Of a stretch of 53,428 nucleotides of DNA, positions 38,792 to 45,919 are shown one piece after another; position 1 is the stretch's first letter, and each line of letters starts with the position of its first letter. This DNA comes from Thermoplasmatota archaeon. GTDB taxonomy: Archaea > Thermoplasmatota > Thermoplasmata > Thermoplasmatales > Thermoplasmataceae. The stretch covers positions 1-53,428 of the forward strand of contig JAMDBW010000052.1 in the NCBI GenBank assembly GCA_023487765.1, written 5' to 3'. A model generated the notes under the pieces. That model searched no databases. It saw nothing but the letters and a program-made list of their open reading frames with translations, and was not told the origin of the DNA. The position numbers and the translations under genes are program-made.

Positions 38792-39316
38792 ATGGCTCAC
38801 AAAGATGGCTCAGATCCATCCGAAATAAGCACCAGGGCGGCCACGATTTCAGATTCGGATTCCATTGCCGCTATCTATAATCAGGGGATTGAAGACAGGA
38901 TTGCGACGTTTGAGACCGTTCCGAGGACGGCTGATGCCGTCAGGAAATGGTTCGACCCCGTTCATCCCATAGTTGTTGCGGAACATGGCCAGAAGATAGT
39001 GGCGTTTGCAGCCACTTTCCCTTACAGCAATCGTGAATGCTATTCTGGAATCGCAGAATTCTCGGTATACGTGGAGCGTCACATGAGAGGTAAAGGCGCA
39101 GGCAGGGCCGCAATGAATCTCCTTATTGACGAATGCCGTAAATCCGGCATGTGGAAACTTGTCTCAAGGGTATTTGTGGAAAACAGGTCAAGCAGGTCAC
39201 TATTGCAATCGCTTGGTTTTCGCGAAGTGGGAATTTACGAAAAGCATGCGAAACTCCACGGAGTTTGGAAGGACACGGTCATTGTCGAATACATTATCCG
39301 GGAAAATATTGCGTGA
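38792..39316 (+). CDS. GNAT N-acetyltransferase (phosphinothricin/L-amino-acid acetyltransferase-like)
   Basis: 174-aa ORF. 'IAAIYNQGIEDRIATFETVPRT' and 'MRGKGAGRAAMNLLI' (acetyl-CoA-binding R/Q-x-x-G-x-G/A) are typical of PAT-type GNATs. Confidence 0.8.
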   Translation: MAHKDGSDPSEISTRAATISDSDSIAAIYNQGIEDRIATFETVPRTADAVRKWFDPVHPIVVAEHGQKIVAFAATFPYSNRECYSGIAEFSVYVERHMRGKGAGRAAMNLLIDECRKSGMWKLVSRVFVENRSSRSLLQSLGFREVGIYEKHAKLHGVWKDTVIVEYIIRENIA

Positions 39317-39587
39317 ACCATTGTCAGCAAAATTAACAGGCAAAGTCCGGAATAGAGCTTTGTCCCTGCTTTCATTTTTACGTAGTTTGCTCATGTGATC
39401 TGAATGCATGCCTGAATCGTGCAAAGGCCCGGGCTGTCACTACTACAGGCATACAATATTCATGGACTGCCGCCGGGGATTTTAGATTCCTGCAGGCGTC
39501 ATTTTGATATATTCTCCCGAGCCAGAGCCTGCAAGAGCACGTCCCCGGAATCACAATTTTTGTCTGATAAGTATATAGGGCAATTTC

Positions 39588-40523
39588 TCACATATTTTCA
39601 AACATGTCCACACAGTGTATGTCAAGCTCCCACTCCTTAAATTTATCTGTTGTTTTGTAGAGTACCCCGAAGAATTCGGGAAGCACAATCTCCGGCACCA
39701 CAGTTGCGAATGAGAAAGTCTTACCCAGAAGTTTCTGCGGCATTCCGAGGGTCACGACGGAGTTCCCAGAGACTTCATCGATAAAGAATTGAATCAGCGG
39801 GTTTGAGAAGGCTGTTTCATAAATCCGGTGCTCTTTCGAGATCTCGTTGATCCAGTCTTCCTTCTTCCTCAAGAGTGCGTTTTTGTCGTAATACACCGCT
39901 CTGATTTCATCCTCGAGCAGATACTTCAACTCCCTCGTCCAGTTCACTCCCAGGTTCGTAATAACCGGATCACTAACGATGTTCATTGCAGAAACTGGAA
40001 CGGATCCGTTGACCTCCACGTACTTAAGAGGAAATGCGGAGGAAATCTCTCTGAAAGTGCTGATAACTCCTTCACTTTTGCCGATGTATCTGACAGCAAA
40101 TCTGTCGAAGTTAACCAGTGTCGATCTCATTGCCCTGGTTACCTTGTTTTCGTCGCTGGAATGGAACCTGAAATACAGGTAGTAATAACCACCATTGTGG
40201 AGGATACAGTCTACAACGACGGACGGAACTCTGTTCAATGTTTTGAAAGCCTCAAGAAAAGGGTTTCCCGACAGGTCCACCTTTACCATCACAGCATCAG
40301 GAGATAATCTAACATCACGGCCCTTCAGGATCTTTGGCAGTTCCTCCTCGTCTATTCCATCCCGTTCGAAGTTGAATATGGCAAATCCTCCGCTCTTGGT
40401 TACGCGTGTTCTCACTATGGCAGTTATTCCGTTCTCGTTCAGGAATTCTGTAATAGGGGTACCGGTGGAAAAGGAAACAATACACTGTCTGTCAAGGATA
40501 TCATTTATCTCTTTTATTATCAT
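39588..40523 (-). CDS. Hypothetical protein (311 aa)
   Basis: Long ORF with ordinary composition and no motif I recognise. It is the first gene of the A+T-richer patch. Confidence 0.5.
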   Translation of the reverse strand: MIIKEINDILDRQCIVSFSTGTPITEFLNENGITAIVRTRVTKSGGFAIFNFERDGIDEEELPKILKGRDVRLSPDAVMVKVDLSGNPFLEAFKTLNRVPSVVVDCILHNGGYYYLYFRFHSSDENKVTRAMRSTLVNFDRFAVRYIGKSEGVISTFREISSAFPLKYVEVNGSVPVSAMNIVSDPVITNLGVNWTRELKYLLEDEIRAVYYDKNALLRKKEDWINEISKEHRIYETAFSNPLIQFFIDEVSGNSVVTLGMPQKLLGKTFSFATVVPEIVLPEFFGVLYKTTDKFKEWELDIHCVDMFENM

Positions 40524-40945
40524 TAATGAGATAAGTCACAAAGGGTTGATTATAGTTTTCAGTGCATATTTTTTCCGTTTCATCATTCCCGGGTCATTTC
40601 ACAGATTGAGCCCACCTTCTCCTTCGTGAGGGAGGAAAACTGAATTTGCCGACATTTATGAAGCCCGGAAGATGGTGGAGTACGCCTTCAATGATTACAA
40701 CCAGGTAATGCCGTATTCATCGGTTATATATTTACCTCCGTCAGAGTTCAGAAGAAGATGGAAATCCAGTGAGGAATTCAGGACGGAATACGTGAAATTC
40801 CCTGCCAGCGCAAAGAGGAAACAGGAAAATATGAGAATAAAACGAAGGAAGTTGAGGCGAATGGAATCTAAAATGGGAGAAAAGTGTTCCAAATTTTGCT
40901 GGAGCGGATCAGCCCTGAAGAAAACGACGGTATCAACAACAGCCT

Positions 40946-41464
40946 TCATTTCTTCTGATTTCTGTTATAAGCTTGCATAATGTAATCTTCTGTCAGGCTG
41001 TTCTCATCATAGAATTTCTCGAAATACGAATAGATTACATCTCTCCTTAGAGCAGACTTAACAGTAAACATAGGAAATTTTGAGTACACATATTTCGAGA
41101 GACCGTCGATGGAGTTGAAGTTATACTGCTCTTTTATTCTAATTACGGCCACGGTTTCAGATGTTCCCATGCTTCTCCAAACTGAAGCTGCTTTCTTGAA
41201 ACCTAACGGCGTTAACCTTATTCCATCATCTTCATCAATAAGACCCTTGTATACAAGAAGATTCAAGTCATCCCTTAGTTCAGCAGAAAACGGCCCATAA
41301 TAATGGGGTTTAAACTCATATTCCTTAGACTTTGAAAATATTGTTTCTTTCATCAGCAGAAACATTTCCTTCTGCAAGTGCGTTTCAGATGGAATTTTTT
41401 CATTATCCTTCAAGGTCTTCCCCCTTCCATAGATCAATGCCAATAGAAGGTCCCTTCTCTCCAT
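40946..41464 (-). CDS. YwgA / Panacea(SocA, DUF4065)-like protein
   Basis: 172-aa ORF. 'RRDLLLALIY...ETHLQKEMFLLMKE....YEFKPHYYGPFSAELRDDLNLLVYKGLI' matches the pattern (..LQK..FL....Y.F..Y.YGP.S.EL..DL..L...GLI) that I associate with YwgA/Panacea-type proteins. Confidence 0.5.
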   Translation of the reverse strand: MERRDLLLALIYGRGKTLKDNEKIPSETHLQKEMFLLMKETIFSKSKEYEFKPHYYGPFSAELRDDLNLLVYKGLIDEDDGIRLTPLGFKKAASVWRSMGTSETVAVIRIKEQYNFNSIDGLSKYVYSKFPMFTVKSALRRDVIYSYFEKFYDENSLTEDYIMQAYNRNQKK

Positions 41465-41723
41465 TCCAATAACTCCACTTACTAACTGTATTTATTTCTT
41501 CTTACAGTGCAGTATCACATGCATATAAATCAGGATGATCTAAAATTCGGGTGAAATAGTAGGAGTTATAACACTAAAAACAAAAGAATGACGTTTTCTA
41601 GAAATCCATGTCAATCTTGAAACCTTTCCAGATTGGATGTGCATTCAGGCCTCTGTTTTCCGGACTTGACTGACCATTGTTGATAACTGAACCTTTATTC
41701 ATGCCGGTTTCATGTGCATTATA

Positions 41724-42196
41724 ATGAGTTCATTACGTGATTTCAGCATCCCTGAAGCGTATAAGCAGCATGGATACACTTGCACGTCTAGAACCCATGG
41801 CGGACTGGGACTCACTCAAGTCCAAGGGGGTCATCCCTTTTCAGGAATAAGACCGACAAGGGCGGAAGGTCTAACACCGACGACGTTACCATGATCAAAA
41901 CGCTGTTCGTACAGGAATTTTACGGCCTTACAGACGAATCAACCGAGAGGGAACTCTATGACAAGACCACCTTCAGGCATTTCCTTCGCTATCCGGACAA
42001 GATGCCTGACGCAAGAACCATCCGGCTGTTCAAGGAGAGACCGTCATCTTCAGGCATGGACAGGAAATTATGGGATGCCATCTGGAAACAGTTCAATGAT
42101 AGGGGCATAAGGATCGAAAAAGGGGTGATACAGGACGCTTCACACATGGAATCTGATGATGGGAAGCACGAAAGGAAGAAGACCGGAAAGAGATGA
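41724..42196 (+). mobile_element. Decayed IS5-family transposase gene: N-terminal (DUF772/InsH-N) part only, multiply frameshifted, DDE domain missing
   Basis: Three frames together spell a transposase N-terminus: 'MSSLRDFSIPEAYK', then 'SSMDTLARLEPMADWDSLKSKG', then 'NKTDKGGRSNTDDVTMIKTLFVQEFYGLTDESTERELYDKTTFRHFLRYPDKMPDARTIRLFKER...GVIQDAS'. The ORF ends at 42196 with no catalytic domain following. Confidence 0.65.
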
Positions 42197-42270
42197 GAAA
42201 GTGGGTTGAGGGGTGGGAATAACCCTGCAAGTCAGCAAATAATTTGATCCTTGAAGCTTTAATAGGTTCC

Positions 42271-42663
42271 TCAAGTCCTATTCTGCTTTACCGTGTGCTT
42301 TTTCATATCAAGTTGCAAACCAATGTCTTGCATAAATTCGTGGCCTATAAGAACATCATCGCCAATCTCCAGAATTACGAATCCAGGATTTCTTATCCTT
42401 GTTCCAGCGATGTCAATCCAATCAAAAACAGCATAATCCAACCATTTAGCATCATCTTCTTCCGTCTGGCCCGGCAGAAAAATTGAAACAGATTCGGGCA
42501 AATATTCATTGACACCAATTTCATCGATGGTCTGGCCATTAGACAACTTGGGTCTTATGACGCTGTAATCGGCTCCCGTGTCGAAAATGGACAGTAACTT
42601 TGTCTCTTGCAGTTTGCCTCCGATGGTGACAAGATCTCTAATGATCCCCATTTGAATATTCAC
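42271..42663 (-). CDS. Clan AA (retropepsin-like) aspartic protease
   Basis: 130-aa ORF with the catalytic 'IFDTGADYSVI' (D-T-G-A) and a C-terminal 'VLIGHEFMQDIG' (hydrophobic-hydrophobic-G region). The size fits a homodimeric retropepsin. The start is a GTG at 42663 or the ATG at 42651. Confidence 0.7.
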   Translation of the reverse strand: MNIQMGIIRDLVTIGGKLQETKLLSIFDTGADYSVIRPKLSNGQTIDEIGVNEYLPESVSIFLPGQTEEDDAKWLDYAVFDWIDIAGTRIRNPGFVILEIGDDVLIGHEFMQDIGLQLDMKKHTVKQNRT

Positions 42664-42667
42664 CCAT

Positions 42668-42970
42668 CTACTTCAGGTAGGGGTTAATTTTCAAGATGTC
42701 GCCAGTCTTTGAATCCACCGTCACCATTGCAGCAACCGGGATTTTTAAAGTTTGTCCGGCGGTGGATGGGAATTCCTGGGCGTAAGATATCCCGATGAAC
42801 CATACCTCATTGTCCAATGAAGCAGTTACTATTCTGAAATCATCTATATCCAAGATCTTTTTTAAGCGATCCTTTACTTTTTCCTTTACTTCAAGCAAAG
42901 TAAGCGTCATGTTTACTATCATGTCATAAGCGACACCAAGATAATAAGCATTGTCCGTTAATGCCTGCAC
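42668..42970 (-). CDS. Hypothetical 100-aa protein, possibly PepSY-like, coupled to the protease gene
   Basis: The ORF ends 4 nt before the protease start. Its C-terminal 'AAMVTVDSKTGDILKI' resembles the end of PepSY-type domains (..V.VDA.TG.VL..). The domain assignment is weak. Confidence 0.45.
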   Translation of the reverse strand: MQALTDNAYYLGVAYDMIVNMTLTLLEVKEKVKDRLKKILDIDDFRIVTASLDNEVWFIGISYAQEFPSTAGQTLKIPVAAMVTVDSKTGDILKINPYLK

Positions 42971-43419
42971 ACAGCCACTTTAGCTTAGGCGTTGTAATAT
43001 CCGCATTTTATAAGCATTCTCTTTTCTCATTTCTCGTGGGCATCGCATTCTATTAGGTTTATTGAAAATCAAGTGAGATGCATGAACAGAAAAGAAGAAA
43101 CGCTGTATGTGCCTGACGACACTGAGATTCAGGCAGCGAGAAAGGAAGGATACCAGAGTGGCTGGAACGACAGGAAATAATTTGATTCCGACCTCAATGA
43201 AGACGCAATAAACCAGAGCAGGGACTTCAGGGAATTAGCAATACAGCTGAAAGAGGGATCGGGGAAGACTAGAGAAACGAGTCAGTGAACCGTTTTGACA
43301 TGGAATTCTGGAATGGAGGATTGAAAGTGCTTATTCTCGTCGCAGAAAAGCTTTCGGAATTGGAAAGAAAAGGATCTCGTAAATAGGGAAGGGGAGGGCG
43401 CAACCTAGACTACATGGTA

Positions 43420-43494
43420 TGCTCCGACCGGGATTCGGACCCGGGTCGTCGGCTCGAAAGGCCGAAATGCTTGGCCGGACTACACCATCGGAGC
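43420..43494 (-). tRNA. tRNA-Glu (anticodon UUC)
   Basis: The minus strand reads GCTCCGA TG GTGT AGTCCGGCCAA GCAT T TCGGC CTTTCGA GCCGA CGAC CCGGG TCCGAAT CCCGG TCGGAGC A. This folds as a full 75-nt cloverleaf with a 7-bp acceptor stem and a 5-bp anticodon stem around loop C-U-UUC-G-A. There is no intron. CCA is not encoded directly after the discriminator (trailer TACCA). Confidence 0.92.
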
Positions 43495-43518
43495 AGAACA
43501 CTCCCTAAACTCACATTC

Positions 43519-43528
43519 TTATATTTAT
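43519..43528 (-). promoter_or_regulatory. TATA box of the tRNA-Glu promoter
   Basis: The minus strand reads ATAAATATAA, spanning -25 to -34 relative to the tRNA 5' end. This is standard archaeal TATA spacing. Confidence 0.45.
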
Positions 43529-43569
43529 CTTTGCCAGCGTGATGCAGGACTGTGAATGAGAGGATCCAG

Positions 43570-44610
43570 TCAGTTCTTAACCCTGTACCTTAAAATCGCA
43601 CAGTATCCGCCGAAGCTGGAAACCATCTTTCCGTGATCTCCGGAGGAGCTTATTATGTGTATTTTTGATGAATAAGAACCGGCAAGGTCCAGCAAAATTA
43701 TACCTTCCTCAGTTCTGAATTTATCCTCTGAAATCAAAAGAATCTCCACTGCACCAAGTTCAAGCATCCTCTTTACTTCATCATAACCGTATGCCGCCTG
43801 TTCATCTGTTTTCAAGTGCCTGAGAAAGTTCTCAACAAGTCGTGAATCACCTGACAGCCTGAAATTCTCAAGAATCCTGTCAGATTCTCCTGAATTCAGG
43901 AATTCCCACACAGCTCCTTCATCAGGCCTGCTGGCCGGGAAGCTGTATATAGTGAATTTCAGCTGGTTTGCCTTCATGGTCGTTACCATTTTCTCTCTGG
44001 TGAATCCCGGTCCGAGGACGATTATGCTGGACCCCTCCGGAATCATTCTTCTTGCGGAATCTGTGATCTCCTTGAGATATCTGTCTTCGGAATAGTCTGA
44101 CGAATAATCTTTGCCTGTCTTATGGGATTCTATCTTACCAAGGTTTTGAATGCCATAACTCTTAAGCAGCAGCATAGATGCTTCCTCATCGTCCAGAACA
44201 ATGAAGTAGTATCTGTCAGAAAATTTGTTCTCCAGAGCCTCATCAAGAAGTTTGCGTTGCTCAGCGTTCCAGACAGATTTACTGAGCAGAAAAGTTTCAC
44301 CGGTGGTAAAGGCAAAGGACTGATGAAGCCCAATCAGGTCCTCGCTCCCGTGAACGATTTTTCCAAGAACTCTCAACGAGCCGGAAAATTCCTGAAATTC
44401 CATGGACTCCACTTCAACAGTGAGTGTGACAGGCTTTCTCGAGGTTTCTTTGGAACGTGTCATATCCTGCTGTTTTTCAATTCTCCTCAGTGTGGTCATC
44501 TTAACCATGTCACCAGGTGCAATTATATTCCTGAGATACCAGAGATCATCGTCAGAATCTATGTGTACCGATAAGAATTCAGAATCAGAACTATTGTCAA
44601 GAAGCCTCAT
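43570..44610 (-). CDS. pelA: Pelota (Dom34 homologue), ribosome rescue / mRNA surveillance factor
   Basis: 346-aa ORF. The N-terminus 'MRLL...EFLSVHIDSDDDLWYLRNIIAPGDMV' and the eRF1-like middle and C-terminal domains are typical of archaeal Pelota. Confidence 0.9.
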   Translation of the reverse strand: MRLLDNSSDSEFLSVHIDSDDDLWYLRNIIAPGDMVKMTTLRRIEKQQDMTRSKETSRKPVTLTVEVESMEFQEFSGSLRVLGKIVHGSEDLIGLHQSFAFTTGETFLLSKSVWNAEQRKLLDEALENKFSDRYYFIVLDDEEASMLLLKSYGIQNLGKIESHKTGKDYSSDYSEDRYLKEITDSARRMIPEGSSIIVLGPGFTREKMVTTMKANQLKFTIYSFPASRPDEGAVWEFLNSGESDRILENFRLSGDSRLVENFLRHLKTDEQAAYGYDEVKRMLELGAVEILLISEDKFRTEEGIILLDLAGSYSSKIHIISSSGDHGKMVSSFGGYCAILRYRVKN

Positions 44611-45065
44611 GGGGCGGTCTCCGAAATGATATCTTCCAGGGCTTTCCTGATGGAATCAAAATGACTCCCTTCCCAGTATACTTTCCCGCAGTTGCTGCAA
44701 TGGAATACCCTGGTGTACTTTCCTCTTATCCCGTCCGGAATATCCCCCTTGAAAATCTCCATTGGAATGATCCTGAGTTCAGAATTGCAGAGCGGGCATC
44801 TGCTGAAAAATAGTTCTTCTGACGGTTCGTGAGTACCTATGAATACCTTTATCTGATCGCGATAATCATCGGATTTTATGTAAAGAGAATCCCTGTACCT
44901 CTGCGAGAGTTCCCTGTCCCTTGTCAGGAGAATCAGGGAATTCTGCCTGCAGTAGCTCAGTATTTCAGTGTCGTTTTTATCTGGCGTCGCGTACTCCACG
45001 GAAAACCCCATCAACCTCAACCATCTTGCCAGCTTTCCAAGCATGCTGTCTGCAAAGAACTTCAA
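44607..45065 (-). CDS. Mut7-C (DUF82) PIN-like RNase domain protein with zinc ribbon
   Basis: 152-aa ORF. 'KFFADSMLGKLARWLRLMGFSVEY' and the C-terminal 'RCPLCNSEL....FHCSNCGKVYWEGSHF' match the Mut7-C family. It starts at a TTG. Its TGA overlaps the pelota ATG (ATGA at 44607-44610). Confidence 0.85.
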   Translation of the reverse strand: MKFFADSMLGKLARWLRLMGFSVEYATPDKNDTEILSYCRQNSLILLTRDRELSQRYRDSLYIKSDDYRDQIKVFIGTHEPSEELFFSRCPLCNSELRIIPMEIFKGDIPDGIRGKYTRVFHCSNCGKVYWEGSHFDSIRKALEDIISETAP

Positions 45066-45069
45066 TTGA

Positions 45070-45240
45070 CTACTCCTTCCATGGCATGGAGACGTAATTA
45101 CTATTGCGAATTGAAGATGGCGGTCTTGCCATGGGGTTTACCCCATCTTCCAGTTCATCACGGGCGGTGTGATTGGACGCAAAGTTATATGCCAGAGGGT
45201 TTCCGGAATATCCATTTGATCCCGTTGCCATTTTTTCCAT
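45070..45240 (-). CDS. Small ORF (56 aa) immediately upstream of the Mut7-C gene
   Basis: Not in the supplied track because it is under 60 aa. The ATG at 45240 gives MEKMATGSNGYSGNPLAYNFASNHTARDELEDGVNPMARPPSSIRNSNYVSMPWKE*, which I translated by hand. The stop lies 4 nt before the Mut7-C start. Codon choice looks coding-like but is unverified. Confidence 0.3.
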   Translation of the reverse strand: MEKMATGSNGYSGNPLAYNFASNHTARDELEDGVNPMARPPSSIRNSNYVSMPWKE

Positions 45241-45294
45241 GCATTCCAAATTCTTCAGTTAAAATATAAAGCTGCAATATATAAAAAATTAGAA

Positions 45295-45870
45295 TCATTT
45301 TCTTCTGTTGAAATAGAAGTACAATATGAACATCGCAGCAATTATGGCGGCGATTATCCCGATATTCCGGTATTCTGTGGCAAGGCCATGAACTTTTGGC
45401 GTCGACCACGAGAACCCGGGATAAGCTCCGGCATTCAGGGCTTCCAGGTTTGTCAGTTTACCGCCGTTTCCGGTAACGAAAGACTCCTGATTGGCCGTCT
45501 TGTTGAAGGCGAGAGTGAAATTATGCACATCAGGGAAACCGATCTGGGACAATGCATAGACCAGTTGCATGCCGTAGGGGTTCAGTCCGGAATACGATAG
45601 ATCAAACACTATCAGGTCCTGCGTGGCATTCTGGCTCCAGTTATATGTCACGTATGTTTTGTTGTCTATTATGTCGTTAAAGAAATTCAACCATTCGGAG
45701 TCCGTGATCGTGTAATGTGATGACCCGCCATTTATGTAGTATGTAACAGAGGGAAGATTGAACGGGGCAGGATTGAGGGTAGGTCCACTGGCCGCTGAGG
45801 CGAAAGGGCTTAAAGAAACCGCAAAGAAGGCAACTAATGTGATGACAGCCAGGTACTGATTCTTGTTCAT
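45295..45870 (-). CDS. Secreted, C-terminally membrane-anchored protein (191 aa)
   Basis: The ORF has a signal peptide (LAVITLVAFFAVSLSPFASAAS), NxS/T sequons and a C-terminal TM (IGIIAAIIAAMFILYFYF) followed by RRK. It lies 49 nt downstream of the 1252-aa surface-protein gene on the same strand. Confidence 0.55.
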   Translation of the reverse strand: MNKNQYLAVITLVAFFAVSLSPFASAASGPTLNPAPFNLPSVTYYINGGSSHYTITDSEWLNFFNDIIDNKTYVTYNWSQNATQDLIVFDLSYSGLNPYGMQLVYALSQIGFPDVHNFTLAFNKTANQESFVTGNGGKLTNLEALNAGAYPGFSWSTPKVHGLATEYRNIGIIAAIIAAMFILYFYFNRRK

Positions 45871-45919
45871 GTTGATCCGGTTCTTGCGTTATAGGTATTT
45901 TCCTATAAAATTTTTCAGT

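Noticed and set aside
40672-40980. Competing ORFs in the gap after the YwgA-like gene: a plus-strand 102-aa basic protein, and a minus-strand 84-aa ORF (40695-40949) starting with an ATGA overlap and a PIN-like 'MKAVVDT'.
   Set aside because: The evidence conflicts. The plus strand has the more coding-like codon pattern, while the minus strand has the coupling and a suggestive N-terminus but degenerates into low complexity. I cannot support either as a feature without homology searches.
39316-43420. A direct repeat of the tRNA-Glu 3' half (att site) and an integrase, which would delimit an integrated element.
   Set aside because: A scan by eye found only a weak resemblance near 39470-39490 (CCGCCGGGGATTTTAGATTCC against CCGACCGGGATTCGGACCC) and no integrase ORF. 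The element boundary therefore remains unproven.
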